Below are positions 1 through 12,021 of a stretch of DNA of 64,000 bases, piece after piece. The stretch is from Candidatus Cloacimonadales bacterium. GTDB taxonomy: Bacteria; Cloacimonadota; Cloacimonadia; Cloacimonadales; JAIOQZ01. The position numbers were made by a program, and so were the translations under genes. The notes under the pieces are model-generated. The model worked only from the letters and a program-made list of their open reading frames with translations. It had not been told where the DNA came from and made no database searches. Location: NCBI GenBank assembly GCA_963665815.1, contig OY762463.1, positions 2,144,001 to 2,208,000 on the forward strand, in the 5' to 3' direction. Within the stretch, counting starts at the first letter, position 1; the number at the start of each line of letters is the position of its first letter.

Positions 1-496
1 GAACGGGATGAGCTTTATCTGTGAGACGTTCACGAATCATATCAACAACGATATCGAAATCTGCACCTACTCTATCCATTTTGTTAACAAAGGCAATTTT
101 TGGTATATTATATTTTTCAGCCTGGTGCCATACTGTTTCAGATTGAGGTTCCACACCACCAACTGCACAGAAGATACCTACAGCTCCATCAAGTACCCTC
201 AGCGATCTTTCTACTTCAGCAGTGAAATCCACGTGTCCCGGTGTATCAATCACATTGATTCTAGCGTCTTTCCAGGAAAAGGTTGTAACTGCAGACTGAA
301 TTGTTATTCCTCTTTCTTTTTCCTGTTCCATCCAGTCCATGAATGTATTACCATCATGAACCTCTCCCATTCTATGCAGGTACCCGCTATAATACAGCAT
401 TCTTTCTGTTGTGGTAGTCTTACCTGCATCAATATGGGCCATTATACCGATGTTCCTGATTTTCATCAAATCCTGAGCTGTTACTTGTACTGACAT
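1..496 (-). CDS. fusA: Elongation factor G, N-terminal part (runs off window edge); divergent EF-G2-like sequence
   Basis: Hand translation from ATG at 496: [76 protein letters not shown]...IDTPGHVDF...NKMD; GTPase G1-G4 motifs; lies downstream of rpsG. Confidence 0.95.
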   Translation of the reverse strand, partial: MSVQVTAQDLMKIRNIGIMAHIDAGKTTTTERMLYYSGYLHRMGEVHDGNTFMDWMEQEKERGITIQSAVTTFSWKDARINVIDTPGHVDFTAEVERSLRVLDGAVGIFCAVGGVEPQSETVWHQAEKYNIPKIAFVNKMDRVGADFDIVVDMIRERLTDKAHPV

Positions 497-635
497 TATA
501 CTTCCTTTTAAGAAATCTTCTTATTAGTGTGACATTTGCATAAATAGAGAAGTTTCCTCGATTTTACTATTTTGCAAAGATCTTTCATATTTAATTTTAT
601 GTACTGCACTTAATGTGCAAATGTCTACTTTCAAT

Positions 636-667
636 AAAAAATAGCCGTAGAACGAGCTACGGCTATT
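636..667 (-). terminator. Intrinsic terminator between rpsG and fusA
   Basis: Minus strand AATAGCCGTAG-ctcgtt-CTACGGCTATT followed by T-run. Confidence 0.8.
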
Positions 668-704
668 AATATTTTACTGCAATTTTAATCAAGTTAAAAT
701 TTCA

Positions 705-1175
705 TTACCATTTCAGGTGAGCAAAAGCTTTGTTAGCTTCTGCCATTTTATGGGTATCTTCTCTTTTCTTGATACTTGCACCTTCGTTATTATAGGCACT
801 CATAAGCTCGCCTGCAAGTCTTTCCTGCATCTCTTTTTCAGAACGTTTTTTAGCGTAACCGATAATCCATCTGAAAGCTGTTGCTTCAGCGATTTTTGGT
901 TTCACATCTATTGGAACCTGATAACTTGATCCACCGACTCTTTTTGATACAACTTTTACTAAAGGTTTTACATTTTCAAGAGCTTTATTGAAAATTTCAA
1001 GTGGATCTTTCTTCATTTTTTCCTGAATAATATCCATTGCATTATATACAATACGTTCTGCAGTTGATTTTTTTCCGCGTCTCATAACGTTACAGATGAA
1101 TTTACTAAGAATAACGCTATTAAACTTTGGATCCGGAAGTATTACTTTTTCACTGGCTTTTCTTCTTCTTGGCAT
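705..1175 (-). CDS. rpsG: 30S ribosomal protein S7
   Basis: MPRRRKA..LPDPKFNS, RVGGSSYQVP, HKMAEANKAFAH. Confidence 0.98.
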   Translation of the reverse strand: MPRRRKASEKVILPDPKFNSVILSKFICNVMRRGKKSTAERIVYNAMDIIQEKMKKDPLEIFNKALENVKPLVKVVSKRVGGSSYQVPIDVKPKIAEATAFRWIIGYAKKRSEKEMQERLAGELMSAYNNEGASIKKREDTHKMAEANKAFAHLKW

Positions 1176-1186
1176 ATCATCCTCCG

Positions 1187-1561
1187 TTATTTTTTAGGTC
1201 TCTTGGTACCGTATTTGGATCTAGAGTTTCTTCTGTTTTCAACACCACTTGTATCAAGTGCACCACGAACTATGTGATATCTTACCCCTGGTAAATCCTT
1301 TACACGACCACCACGTACGAGTACGATTGAGTGTTCCTGAAGGTTGTGACCTTCTCCCGGAATGTATGCTGTTACTTCAAAACCGTTAGTTAAACGGATT
1401 CTTGCTACTTTACGAAGAGCTGAGTTAGGTTTCTTAGGTGTTGTAGTGTATACTCTTGTACAAACACCACGTCTCTGTGGACATGAAGCTAATGCTCTGT
1501 TCTTCTTTTTCTTAGTTATCTTTGTTCGGCCTTTTCTTATTAATTGATTTATAGTTGGCAC
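1187..1561 (-). CDS. rpsL: 30S ribosomal protein S12 (GTG start)
   Basis: [34 protein letters not shown] upstream of GTG at 1561. Confidence 0.98.
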   Translation of the reverse strand: MPTINQLIRKGRTKITKKKKNRALASCPQRRGVCTRVYTTTPKKPNSALRKVARIRLTNGFEVTAYIPGEGHNLQEHSIVLVRGGRVKDLPGVRYHIVRGALDTSGVENRRNSRSKYGTKRPKK

Positions 1562-1578
1562 ATTATCCTCCAATAATT

Positions 1579-4500
1579 TTAGTAATCCATAAGGTCATCT
1601 AAATCTTCTTCATTGTCTTCAAACGCAAGCTCATTTACGATATCTTTAACAGGTTTTCCATCTTTTTGCAACGTTTTAACCATGTCATTATACAATTTAG
1701 TACCTGTTCCAACCGGTATTCTATGTCCAAGAATTATACTTTCTTTCAGACCTTCGAGTTTATCAATTTTACCTTCGATAGAGGCCTGAGTAAGTACTTT
1801 TGTTGTTTCCTGGAATGATGCGGCTGAAAGCCAGCTGTCAGTCAGAAGTGAAGCTTTTGTTATTCCCAGCAGAAGCTGTTCAAATGTGGCACCATTACCA
1901 CCTTCTTCTTCTATTCTTTTGTTTTCATTCATTACAGCGTTTTTCTCTACGATTTCGCCTTCTAAGAATAGAGTATGACCCGGATCTACAATTTTTACCT
2001 TACGCAGCATCTGTCTGATGATTACACCAATATGTTTATCATCAATTTTCACACCTTGTTTTCTGTATATTTCCTGTATTTCATTCAAGATGAGCATTTC
2101 TGCTGCGATAATACCTTTTGCTTTAAGAATATCATGCGGATCAAGTGGTCCGTCTGATAATGCGTCCCCACTGTCAACGATATCGCCCTGGTGAACGATA
2201 ATACGTTTTCCCGGTGGAATCACATATTTCTTTTCAACGCCATTTTCTGCGGTAACATAGATTATACGACCATTCTTTGTATAATCACCAATTGTTACAC
2301 GTCCGTCAATTTCTGAAATTATTGCTTTTTCTTTTGGTATACGTGCTTCAAACAAGTCCTGAACCCTTGGAAGACCACCTGTAATATCTCGCTGTTTTGT
2401 AGTTATTCTGGAAGTTTTACCAATTGAGTCGCCAGGATACACGTATGCTCCGTCACTGATTTCGACATTCAAACCGGTAGGTAGTGGAACCTGTTCCTGT
2501 GTTCCATCTTCACCGATTATTGTTACCTGAGGCTGAAACCTTCTGTCTTTAGATTCAATAATAGTGATTTCACGAGAACCAGTAAGGTCATTGAACTCTT
2601 CTTTGTAAGTCATATCTTTTACAAAGTTCTCAAATTTCACTTTACCTTCACGGGTAGTTAAGAGAGGATTACTGTAATGGTCCCAGGTGAACAGTTTTGT
2701 TCCCTCTTCCACGTCGTCTCCATCTTTAACAAATATAGTAGAAGCGTATTCTACCTTCAGTTCTTCAAGAACCGTACCCTCTTTTTTATCGACTATTTTC
2801 ATTCGACCAAGGTGACTGGTTGCAATTACATGATTCTGTCTGTCTGTTACCAGATTCATCTTTTCAAATATCACTTTACCTTCGAAACTACTGTTAACTT
2901 GAGCAATATCCACATCTGTACTTGCTGTACCACCAATGTGGAATGTTCTCAGTGTAAGCTGAGTTCCCGGTTCTCCGATACTTTGAGCTGCGATTATTCC
3001 AACAGGTTCACCGATTGTAACCGATTTTCCGGTCGCCAGATTCCGTCCGTAACATTTTCTACAGATCCCTTTCTCTGTCTCACATGTAAGGACAGAACGA
3101 ATTCTAACTTCCACAATTCCGTGTTTTTCAATTGTAAGAGCTTTTTCGTTTGAAATTTCTTCTCCGGCATGAACAATAATTTTGTCTGTTACAGGATCAT
3201 GAATATCATCAACTGATGTTCTACCCTGAATACGCTCGGAGAGAGATTCTACAACTTCAAGACCTTCTTTAAGAGCTGCTACTGTGATACCTTCAATTGT
3301 ACCGCAGTCATCTTCTGTGATAATCGCATTTTGAGCAACATCAACAAGACGTCTGGTAAGGTAACCGGCATCAGCAGTCTTCAATGCTGTATCTGCAAGA
3401 CCTTTACGAGCACCGTGAGTAGAAATGAAATACTCAAGTACACTCAGACCTTCACGGAAATTGGATTTAATAGGAGTTTCGATAACCCCTGCTTCATCCG
3501 CAGCACTTTTGGTAGGTTTATCCATCAATCCACGCATACCGCCAAGCTGCTTGATCTGGTCTTTACCACCACGAGCACCTGATATGTACATCATATAGAT
3601 TGAGTTGAAACCTCCACGGTCATTAGACAATGTTTCCATCAGAGAATTTGTAACCTTCTCAGTAGCTATCTTCCATTTATCCACTACACGATTGAAACGC
3701 TCAGTTTCTGTGATTCCACCCTGCATATAGCTATCGGAAATCAACTTCGCTTCTTGTTCGGCAGCTTCAAGTATTTCAGCTTTGTCTTGTGGAACAACAA
3801 CATCTGCAATACTGAATGTTGAGCCGGATTTAGTTGCAAAACGGAATCCCAGTTCTTTAAGATCATCCAGGATTTCAGCAGTTCTGCTCTGACCAACAGT
3901 GTTGATACACTCCATAGCCAGATCTTTCAATCCGCCTTTATTTATAACAACATTCTTAAATGGAATTTCAGGAGGCAATACCTGATTAAACAATACTCTT
4001 CCAACTGTTGTTTTTATGAATTTTTTATTTTGTTTTACTCTTATCCAGCTATGAATATCCAGATGTCTGTTTTCGAGTTTTTCACCTTTTCTTGCATACA
4101 TCAGTTCCTGTTGTTCATAAGCAAGAATAACTTCATCAAATGAACCGAATACAGGAATTCTTACAGAATCATCAGGTTCTGAATATCTGAGTGCTGAAAG
4201 GTAATAACAACCGAGAACAATATCCTGCCCCGGAGCCATAGCAAGTTTACCGCTTGCAGGCAGCAGAAGGTTTCTTGAAGCAAGCATGAGTACACGAGCT
4301 TCCATCTGTGCTTCAAGTGTAAGCGGTACATATACAGCCATCTGGTCACCGTCAAAGTCCGCATTAAACGGAATACACACGAGCGGGTGAAGCTGAATTG
4401 CTTTATTTTCCGTAAGTACCGGCATGAATGCCTGAATACCAAGCTTGTGAAGCGTTGGAGCACGGTTAAGCAATACCGGATAATCCTGAATTACTTCTTC

Positions 4501-5727
4501 AAGGATTTTCCAGATTTGTGGCTGTTTCTTTTCTACTAATTTTTTTGCAGTTTTTGTTTTTTCCGCTTCTCCGTATTTTTCAAGACGTTCAATAATAAAC
4601 GGTTTAAACAGTTCAACTGCCATTTCTTTCGGAAGACCACACTGGTGAATCTTAAGACTTGGACCAACTGTGATAACTGAACGACCTGAGTAGTCCACAC
4701 GTTTACCAAGAAGATTCTGTCTGAAACGTCCCTGCTTACCTTTAAGCTGATCAGTAAGAGATTTCAGTGCTCTGTTTCCGCGTCCTTTAACCGGACGTGT
4801 TTTTCTGGAGTTATCAATAAGTGCGTCTACAGATTCTTGAAGCATACGTTTCTCATTTCTGAGGATTACTTCCGGAGCTCTGATTTCCAATAATTGTTTC
4901 AGACGATTATTTCTTGTGATAACTCTTCTATATAAATCATTGAAATCCGCTGTTGCAAATCTACCGCCATCAAGTGGAACCAGAGGTCTCAGTGTCGGAG
5001 GTAAAACAGGCAGTACTTCCAGAACCATTGTTTCAGGTCTGTTGCCTGATTTTCTGAAAGCATCAACAATTTTGAGTTTCTTTATAGCCTTCTGCTTTTT
5101 CATTGCAGAAGTTTCCATTTTGATCATTGCTCTGAGGTTCATCGCTTCGGCTTCAAGATCAATTTCTTCAAGAAGAATTTTGACAGCTTCCGCACCCATC
5201 ATTGCAACAAAATCATCTCCTACTTTATCAAGAATCTCATAATATTCATCAGTATCAATAAGATCTTTCTTTTCGTAGTCACTATCACCCGGATCAATCA
5301 CGATGTATGATTCATAATAGAGAACTCTTTCGAGCTTTCTGATAGTAAGATCAAGAAGTGTACCAATTTTACTTGGAGCACTTTTTACAAACCATATATG
5401 AGCAACAGGAACTGCAAGTTCAATGTGTCCCATTCTGGTTCTTCTTACTCTTGAAGTAGTTACTTCAACACCACAACGATCACAGATAGTATTGGAAAAT
5501 CTTTTCTTTTTATATTTACCGCAACTACATTCGTAGTCTTTTTCAGGTCCGAATATTCTTTCGCAGAATAATCCGTCCTTTTCCGGTTTCAATGTTCTGT
5601 AGTTTAATGTATCTGGTTTAGTAACTTCACCATAAGACCATTCTCTCATGGTTTCAGGAGAAGCTATCTTTATACGGACATTATCGTAATTTTGTACTTT
5701 CTTTTCTCTTTTAATTTCTCTAATCAT
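1579..5727 (-). CDS. rpoC: RNA polymerase beta' subunit
   Basis: NADFDGDQM catalytic motif, Zn-finger cysteines, 1382 aa. Confidence 0.99.
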   Translation of the reverse strand: MIREIKREKKVQNYDNVRIKIASPETMREWSYGEVTKPDTLNYRTLKPEKDGLFCERIFGPEKDYECSCGKYKKKRFSNTICDRCGVEVTTSRVRRTRMGHIELAVPVAHIWFVKSAPSKIGTLLDLTIRKLERVLYYESYIVIDPGDSDYEKKDLIDTDEYYEILDKVGDDFVAMMGAEAVKILLEEIDLEAEAMNLRAMIKMETSAMKKQKAIKKLKIVDAFRKSGNRPETMVLEVLPVLPPTLRPLVPLDGGRFATADFNDLYRRVITRNNRLKQLLEIRAPEVILRNEKRMLQESVDALIDNSRKTRPVKGRGNRALKSLTDQLKGKQGRFRQNLLGKRVDYSGRSVITVGPSLKIHQCGLPKEMAVELFKPFIIERLEKYGEAEKTKTAKKLVEKKQPQIWKILEEVIQDYPVLLNRAPTLHKLGIQAFMPVLTENKAIQLHPLVCIPFNADFDGDQMAVYVPLTLEAQMEARVLMLASRNLLLPASGKLAMAPGQDIVLGCYYLSALRYSEPDDSVRIPVFGSFDEVILAYEQQELMYARKGEKLENRHLDIHSWIRVKQNKKFIKTTVGRVLFNQVLPPEIPFKNVVINKGGLKDLAMECINTVGQSRTAEILDDLKELGFRFATKSGSTFSIADVVVPQDKAEILEAAEQEAKLISDSYMQGGITETERFNRVVDKWKIATEKVTNSLMETLSNDRGGFNSIYMMYISGARGGKDQIKQLGGMRGLMDKPTKSAADEAGVIETPIKSNFREGLSVLEYFISTHGARKGLADTALKTADAGYLTRRLVDVAQNAIITEDDCGTIEGITVAALKEGLEVVESLSERIQGRTSVDDIHDPVTDKIIVHAGEEISNEKALTIEKHGIVEVRIRSVLTCETEKGICRKCYGRNLATGKSVTIGEPVGIIAAQSIGEPGTQLTLRTFHIGGTASTDVDIAQVNSSFEGKVIFEKMNLVTDRQNHVIATSHLGRMKIVDKKEGTVLEELKVEYASTIFVKDGDDVEEGTKLFTWDHYSNPLLTTREGKVKFENFVKDMTYKEEFNDLTGSREITIIESKDRRFQPQVTIIGEDGTQEQVPLPTGLNVEISDGAYVYPGDSIGKTSRITTKQRDITGGLPRVQDLFEARIPKEKAIISEIDGRVTIGDYTKNGRIIYVTAENGVEKKYVIPPGKRIIVHQGDIVDSGDALSDGPLDPHDILKAKGIIAAEMLILNEIQEIYRKQGVKIDDKHIGVIIRQMLRKVKIVDPGHTLFLEGEIVEKNAVMNENKRIEEEGGNGATFEQLLLGITKASLLTDSWLSAASFQETTKVLTQASIEGKIDKLEGLKESIILGHRIPVGTGTKLYNDMVKTLQKDGKPVKDIVNELAFEDNEEDLDDLMDY

Positions 5728-5742
5728 TCGATTGACCTCCGC

Positions 5743-8700
5743 TTACACTTCGTTGTCAGCAAGGAATTCAATATCAAAACATAATGATTTCAATTCACTA
5801 ACTAATACATTAAACGATTCAGGCACACCAGGTTGAGGTGGATTATTTCCACTTGTTATAGCTTTGAAAGCGTTTGTCCTTCCATCAACATCATCAGATT
5901 TGATAGTGAGCATTTCTTCAAGGAGTCTTGCAGCACCATACGCTTCAAGAGCCCAAACCTCCATCTCTCCAAGTCTCTGACCACCGTGTTGAGCTTTACC
6001 GCCAAGTGGCTGTTGAGTAATAAGAGAGTAAGGTCCGGTTGATCTTGCATGCATCTTATCAGCAATAAGGTGATTAAGTTTCAGCATGTATATAATACCA
6101 ACAGTAACTCTTTCTTTGAAAGGCTCTCCTGATTTACCATCGAAAAGAACCTGCTTACCATCTGTTGGAATACCGGCTTTGATCATTTCAGCTTCAATGT
6201 CTTCATGTTTAGCACCATCAAATACAGGTGTTTCCGCATGGAATCCAAGAATCTTTGCAGCCATTCCAAGGTGAGTCTCAAGAATCTGACCAATATTCAT
6301 ACGTGAAGGCACACCAAGAGGATTCAGTATGATATCTACGGAAGTACCATCTTCCATGAACGGCATATCTTCGATTGGAGCAACTCTGGAAATAACACCT
6401 TTGTTACCGTGACGACCAGCCATTTTGTCACCAACCTGAATCTTACGTTTCTTGGCAATATGAACCTTAACCATTTTGCGAACCCCATAAGGAAGTTCAT
6501 CACCATGTTTAAGTCTGTCTTTTGCTTTTTTATAGATATTAGCACTTTCTTCTCTGGCAGCCTTAACCTGAAGCACTATATCATTGTATATTTTTTCATT
6601 AGTTTCTGCATCTTCTACGAGATCGTAGTTAAGATTCAGTTTTTTGAAGTTAATCTTCTTTATATCGTCCTTAGTAATCTTCTTACCTGATGGGATGAAG
6701 AACATGTTCGTTTTCTCATCAGAAATATTTTTAGATACATGACCTATTATCATTTCTGCAATCTGTTCTTTCACGAATTTTTCAATACGTTTTGTCCTAT
6801 CAGCCTGCTCTGCTTTAAGACGTTCATACTCATCTTTCTTTTCTTCTTCATAATCATGAACATCTTCCAGTCTGGAGAATACCTTAACATCAATTACAAC
6901 ACCTTCCATACCAGGTTTGGCTTTAAGTGATGTATTTGTGAAATCTCCTGCTCTGTCTCCGAATAATGCTCGCATAAGATTTTCTTCAGGAGAAGGATCA
7001 ATATCAACACTTTTCGGTGTAATCTTACCGACAATAATATCTCCGGCTTTAATTACAGAACCAACCCTTACGATACCTGTCTTATCAAGATTTCTTAATG
7101 CCTGTGTCGGTACATTAGGAATATCATAAGCTAGTTCTTCTTTGCCGTTCTTAACGTTTCGAACAAGAACTTCCTGCTCTTCCAGATAAATGGAAGTAAG
7201 AATATCATCCCTTGCTACTCTTTCACTTAGAATAATAGCATCCTCATAGTTGAATCCGTACCAAGGCATAAATGCAACAAGCATATTCTGACCGAGTGCA
7301 AATCTGTCGCCTTCGATACATGGACCATCTGAAAGCAGCTGACCTTCTTTAACTTTATCACCAGGTTTAACGATAGGTCTCTGATTAATAAGAGTATCCT
7401 GATTGGATCTGGCAAATTTTCTGAAATAGATTCTGTTTGTTGTTCCGATGTCTAAGTCAAGACCTGTATCAGATTCTTTCTTAAGATCAACATACTGAGA
7501 TGTTACGTTTGTAACCTCTGCATCGAAAGGAGCAAGTGCAACAACACCACTGTCTTTTGCAACAGTTTTTTCCATTCCGGTACCTACAATAGGAGTACTC
7601 GGGAATAAAAGAGGAACTGCCTGACGCTGCATGTTAGATCCCATGAGAGCCCTGTTCGCATCATCATGTTCCAGGAAAGGAATAAGAGATGCAGAAACAG
7701 AAACAATCTGCTGAGGAGAAACTTCAAGATACTGAACTTCATCCGGTTTAATCTGCAGATATTCATCTTTACATCTTGCGAAAACAATTTCATCTATAAT
7801 TTCAAGATCTTCACCAATAGTCACGTCTGCCTGAGCAATAACGTATTTATCTTCCTCTTCAGGAACGAGGTAATCAACCTGTTGAGTAACCTTGGCATTT
7901 TCAACCTTAATATATGGGGTTTCCAGAAAACCGAATCTGTTGATTCTGGAATAAAGAGCTGGTGAGGAAATCAAACCGATATTTGGACCTTCAGGTGTTT
8001 CTATCGGACAGATTCTACCATAATGTGAATAGTGAACGTCACGCACTTCGAATCCGGCTCTTTCTCTTGTCAGACCACCAGGTCCGAGAGCTGACAAACG
8101 TCTCTTGTGTGTCAAAGCAGCAAGAGGGTTAGTCTGTTCCATAAACTGAGAAAGCTGTCCTGTAAGGAAGAACGCCTGAATTACGGCAATAAGAGCATTA
8201 CTGTTAATCAGATCATGCACTGTAACTTCTTCAGAACTGGATATTGACATTCTTTCTATAGCTATTCTTGCAACCCTTAAAAGACCATTCGCATATTCTT
8301 CCTCAAGAAGTTCACCAACGGTTCTGATTCTACGGTTTGAAAGGTGATCAATATCATCAACTGTATCTTCGTTTCTGAATATTTCTACAAGCTTGTTAAC
8401 TATTGCAACAATATCATCTTTTGTGAGTACATATTTGTCGAGAGCAATATCGAGATCAAGCCTGCTGTTTATTTTGTAACGTCCAACTTCACCGAGATTG
8501 TATCTCTTTTCATTGAAGAACATTCTTTCAACAAGCTCTGAAGCCATTTCATAAGAAGGATCTTCTCCAGGACGAATAAGGTTGTATATTTTCTTAACAG
8601 CTTCTTCAATGTTAGCTGTAGCATCTTTTGCAATTGTATTTTCTAATATTTTTCCATGAATATCATATCCATCAGCAATAACCCAGACTTTTTCACAACC

Positions 8701-9531
8701 GGCTTCGGAAAGTTCTTCCTGAATTTCCTTTGTTATCTCTGTACCGGCTTTATACAGTTCTTCACCGTTTTCTGAATCAAATACATCTTCATAAAGCAGT
8801 TTGTCTTTTGCATCTTTTATGCTGATTTCGTCTTTTTCATAAAATGTTTTTCTAATATCTTCGTTAGTAGATACACCTACACTTCTTAAAAGCACGGTTA
8901 CAGGAAGTTTTCTTCTTTTATCTATGTGAACATACATAGTATCATGAATGTCAAGACTGAATTCAAGCCAGGATCCGTTGTAAGGAATTACCTTTCCTGA
9001 ATATATCTGCTTTCCGCTCGGGTGTTTTTCCTGAGTAAAAAATACTCCCGGTGATCTGTGCAGCTGACTGATTATTACGCGTTCAGCTCCATTTATGATA
9101 AAAGTTCCCTGAGGTGTGATAAGTGGAATCTCACCGAGGAATACATCCTGTTCAATGATTTTTTTGACGCGTTTTTCTTTTGCTTCTTTAAGAGCTTCCT
9201 CATCATAAACGGTCAATTTCATTTTGGCTTTTACAGGTGCCTGGAATGTTAAATTTCTTTCAATACACTCATCTGTTGAATATTTTGGTTTCAGTATAAT
9301 ATAATTAATGAACTCAAGCAGGTACAATCCCTTTGAATCTTCAATTGGGAAAATACTTTCAAAAACAGCCTGAAGCCCACGTTTTTCACGTTTTTGAGGG
9401 TGACTATCTCTTTGCAGAAAAAGATCATAAGAATCAATCTGCATTGCCAATAAATTAGGAACTTCAACTTCAGGAAATCCTAAGTCTTCCGCTCTTCTTT
9501 TTATTCTTGAGTAATTTTTGAATTTCTTCAA
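5743..9531 (-). CDS. rpoB: RNA polymerase beta subunit (TTG start)
   Basis: GDKMAGRHGNKG, RICPIETPEGPNIGL, HKRRLSALGPGGL. Confidence 0.99.
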   Translation of the reverse strand: MKKFKNYSRIKRRAEDLGFPEVEVPNLLAMQIDSYDLFLQRDSHPQKREKRGLQAVFESIFPIEDSKGLYLLEFINYIILKPKYSTDECIERNLTFQAPVKAKMKLTVYDEEALKEAKEKRVKKIIEQDVFLGEIPLITPQGTFIINGAERVIISQLHRSPGVFFTQEKHPSGKQIYSGKVIPYNGSWLEFSLDIHDTMYVHIDKRRKLPVTVLLRSVGVSTNEDIRKTFYEKDEISIKDAKDKLLYEDVFDSENGEELYKAGTEITKEIQEELSEAGCEKVWVIADGYDIHGKILENTIAKDATANIEEAVKKIYNLIRPGEDPSYEMASELVERMFFNEKRYNLGEVGRYKINSRLDLDIALDKYVLTKDDIVAIVNKLVEIFRNEDTVDDIDHLSNRRIRTVGELLEEEYANGLLRVARIAIERMSISSSEEVTVHDLINSNALIAVIQAFFLTGQLSQFMEQTNPLAALTHKRRLSALGPGGLTRERAGFEVRDVHYSHYGRICPIETPEGPNIGLISSPALYSRINRFGFLETPYIKVENAKVTQQVDYLVPEEEDKYVIAQADVTIGEDLEIIDEIVFARCKDEYLQIKPDEVQYLEVSPQQIVSVSASLIPFLEHDDANRALMGSNMQRQAVPLLFPSTPIVGTGMEKTVAKDSGVVALAPFDAEVTNVTSQYVDLKKESDTGLDLDIGTTNRIYFRKFARSNQDTLINQRPIVKPGDKVKEGQLLSDGPCIEGDRFALGQNMLVAFMPWYGFNYEDAIILSERVARDDILTSIYLEEQEVLVRNVKNGKEELAYDIPNVPTQALRNLDKTGIVRVGSVIKAGDIIVGKITPKSVDIDPSPEENLMRALFGDRAGDFTNTSLKAKPGMEGVVIDVKVFSRLEDVHDYEEEKKDEYERLKAEQADRTKRIEKFVKEQIAEMIIGHVSKNISDEKTNMFFIPSGKKITKDDIKKINFKKLNLNYDLVEDAETNEKIYNDIVLQVKAAREESANIYKKAKDRLKHGDELPYGVRKMVKVHIAKKRKIQVGDKMAGRHGNKGVISRVAPIEDMPFMEDGTSVDIILNPLGVPSRMNIGQILETHLGMAAKILGFHAETPVFDGAKHEDIEAEMIKAGIPTDGKQVLFDGKSGEPFKERVTVGIIYMLKLNHLIADKMHARSTGPYSLITQQPLGGKAQHGGQRLGEMEVWALEAYGAARLLEEMLTIKSDDVDGRTNAFKAITSGNNPPQPGVPESFNVLVSELKSLCFDIEFLADNEV

Positions 9532-9815
9532 CGATGATCTCCTTTGGCAATTATTTATTCCGTTCCTTTACGGACCTTCTTGTTCAAGTTCTAAGATTGA
9601 GTGATATTGTAATACTGAAATTGCCTGAGTAACAAAATTTGCCTTCAGACCTGAGCCTGTTTTCAATTGAAAAACAACAATTATCATTAAAACAATTCAT
9701 TTTCATTCCACTGCTCTTCAAAATCTCTTCACATTCCTATAGAACTAATGTTAATCGTTGAATTTAAACATCAATAGTGCTGAATTCCTCAGCACCGCAT
9801 ATGTTGAAAATAGAA

Positions 9816-9854
9816 ATAAAGTGGGTGCGCTCAAAATGACACTACCCACTTTAT
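9816..9854 (-). terminator. Hairpin/attenuator after rplL in the 336-nt rplL-rpoB spacer
   Basis: Inverted repeat ATAAAGTGGGT ... ACCCACTTTAT with T-rich tail on the minus strand. Confidence 0.65.
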
Positions 9855-9867
9855 ATAATTATTTGAA

Positions 9868-10242
9868 TTACTTGATCTCAACAGTTGCACCAGCTTCTTC
9901 AACTTTAGCTTTGATTGATTCAGCTTCTTCTTTAGACACGCCTTCTACGAGAGGTTTTGGGCAACCATCTACGAGTTCTTTAGCTTCTTTAAGTCCAAGT
10001 TTTGTGATTGTGCGAACAACTTTAATTGTTTGAATTTTTTTGTCACCGGCACCAGTGAGAATTACGTCAAATTCAGTTTTTTCTTCAGCTTCTTCAGCTG
10101 CTGCTGGAGCTGCGCCTGCTACTGCAACTGGAGCTGCAGCGGTAACACCAAATACTTCTTCAAATTCTTTTACTAATTCTGAAAGTTCAAGAACGGTCAT
10201 TTCCTTTATAATATCAAGAACTTGTTGCTTTTTATCAGCCAT
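9868..10242 (-). CDS. rplL: 50S ribosomal protein L7/L12
   Basis: [40 protein letters not shown]; start reassigned to MADKK after GGAGG. Confidence 0.97.
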   Translation of the reverse strand: MADKKQQVLDIIKEMTVLELSELVKEFEEVFGVTAAAPVAVAGAAPAAAEEAEEKTEFDVILTGAGDKKIQTIKVVRTITKLGLKEAKELVDGCPKPLVEGVSKEEAESIKAKVEEAGATVEIK

Positions 10243-10264
10243 TTTTCCTCCAAATGATAAATAT

Positions 10265-10801
10265 TTAATTATTTTCTGCTTTTGATTTTGCCAATGCATC
10301 TACTGCGTAGGCAAATTGTCTCATAATACCCTGTAATACACCTAAGAATCCTGTCATTGGAGCATTAAGTGCACCAAGTGTCTTACTGAGTAATTCTTCT
10401 TTAGACGGAAGTTTTGCAAGTGAATTAAGTTGTGCAACAGACATTAATCCACCGTCAACATATCCAATTTTGAATTTAGGAAAATCTTTCTCTTCCATCA
10501 CTTCTTTGTAAAACTTTACGAATTCTCTTGCAGGAGCTACTTCATCTGCCTTGCATACCGCGCAGGCTGTAGGTCCCTTAAGATAATCATCAAGCTCTTT
10601 GATTCCTAATTCATTCAAAGCTACTTTAATGAATGTGTTTTTGGAAACAAAGTAATCAACTTCAGCATTTCGAAATCTGTTTCTTAATTCGTCAACTTCC
10701 TCAATATTAATACCTTTATAATCTATAAGTACTATAGATTTGGCATCAGTTAATCGTTCTTTCAAGCTGCCGACTTCATCAATTTTGTACTTTTGTAACA
10801 T
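10265..10801 (-). CDS. rplJ: 50S ribosomal protein L10
   Basis: [27 protein letters not shown]; between rplA and rplL. Confidence 0.96.
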   Translation of the reverse strand: MLQKYKIDEVGSLKERLTDAKSIVLIDYKGINIEEVDELRNRFRNAEVDYFVSKNTFIKVALNELGIKELDDYLKGPTACAVCKADEVAPAREFVKFYKEVMEEKDFPKFKIGYVDGGLMSVAQLNSLAKLPSKEELLSKTLGALNAPMTGFLGVLQGIMRQFAYAVDALAKSKAENN

Positions 10802-10809
10802 ACTGTCTC

Positions 10810-11514
10810 CTATTTCTTAGATTCAAGTGTAGCAGCAGCTACATTGAGTTTAATTCCTGGGTTCATAGTAGAAGTTACGGTAATACTTTTGATATACTGA
10901 CCTTTAACAGCAGCAGGACGATCTTTTAAGATAGCAGCAATAATTGCTAAGAGATTCCCTTTGAGTTTGTCAATTTCAAAACTGATTTTACCAGCCGGTA
11001 TATGTAGATTAGAGAACTTGTCAACTCGGTATGCAACTTTACCGAATTTAGCTTCTTTAACTACATTTCCAACTTCCATTGTAACAGTTCCGACTTTCGG
11101 GTTAGGCATAAGACCTCGAGGTCCGAGTACTCTACCTAAACGCCCGATTTTACCCATAAGGTTAGGAGTGGCAATGACCATATCAAAGTCTAACCATCCT
11201 GATTGAATCTTTTCGACATACTCATCGAGTCCAACGTAATCTGCTCCTGCTTCTTTCGCTTCTTCAGCTTTATCACCTTCAGCAAAAACTAATACAGTAA
11301 CTTTTTTACCGGTTCCGTTTGGAAGAACCAGCGAGTTTCTGATCTGCTGATCTGCTTTTCTTGGATCAACTCCAAGGTTCATATGCAGTTCAACAGTTTC
11401 ATCGAATTTTGCTTTAGGGAATTGCTTAAGAATATCAAGAGCTTCATCAAGAGTGTAACGTTGATTCTTGTCGACAAGATCTTTTGCGTTCCTGTACTTC
11501 TTACTCTCTTTCAT
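10810..11514 (-). CDS. rplA: 50S ribosomal protein L1
   Basis: [34 protein letters not shown]. Confidence 0.98.
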   Translation of the reverse strand: MKESKKYRNAKDLVDKNQRYTLDEALDILKQFPKAKFDETVELHMNLGVDPRKADQQIRNSLVLPNGTGKKVTVLVFAEGDKAEEAKEAGADYVGLDEYVEKIQSGWLDFDMVIATPNLMGKIGRLGRVLGPRGLMPNPKVGTVTMEVGNVVKEAKFGKVAYRVDKFSNLHIPAGKISFEIDKLKGNLLAIIAAILKDRPAAVKGQYIKSITVTSTMNPGIKLNVAAATLESKK

Positions 11515-11581
11515 CTATTCTCCTTATGAATATAATCTCCTGCAGGGTAAATTTTGGATTTAGTCTTGTAATAAGGGGATA

Positions 11582-12010
11582 TTACTTAACGACTACTCCC
11601 ATACTCCTTGCAGTACCTTTGACCATATTCATAGCCCCTTTTAAATCGTAAGCATTTAAATCTTGCATTTTAATTTCTGCAATTTTCTTAACTTGTTCGT
11701 TAGTAATTTTACCAACTTTATCTTTATTAGGTTCTGATGAACCTTTAGCGAGTCCGGCTTCCTTTCTGATTAAAACAGATGCTGGAGGTGTTTTAATTTC
11801 AAAAGAAAAGCTTTTGTTTTTCATGACAGAAATGATAACTGGGAAAATCATTCCCGGTTGATCTTTTGTTTTATCATTAAACTGTCTGCAAAAATCACCA
11901 ATATTAATACCAGCCTGCCCCAATGCAGGTCCTACTGGTGGCGCCGGAGTAGCTTGTCCAGCGGGAAGCTGTAACTTAATTGTGTTAACAACGTTTTTTG
12001 GTTTTGCCAT
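11582..12010 (-). CDS. rplK: 50S ribosomal protein L11
   Basis: [23 protein letters not shown]. Confidence 0.98.
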   Translation of the reverse strand: MAKPKNVVNTIKLQLPAGQATPAPPVGPALGQAGINIGDFCRQFNDKTKDQPGMIFPVIISVMKNKSFSFEIKTPPASVLIRKEAGLAKGSSEPNKDKVGKITNEQVKKIAEIKMQDLNAYDLKGAMNMVKGTARSMGVVVK

Positions 12011-12021
12011 TTCAACCTCTA

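Noticed and set aside
8-493. 161-aa plus-strand ORF
   Set aside because: Antisense shadow of fusA
1187-1561. Streptomycin-resistance substitutions in S12
   Set aside because: TPKKPNSA and VKDLPG are wild-type
9532-9815. Long rpoB leader as a possible ncRNA or small ORF
   Set aside because: Only short hairpins; long rplL-rpoB spacers are common
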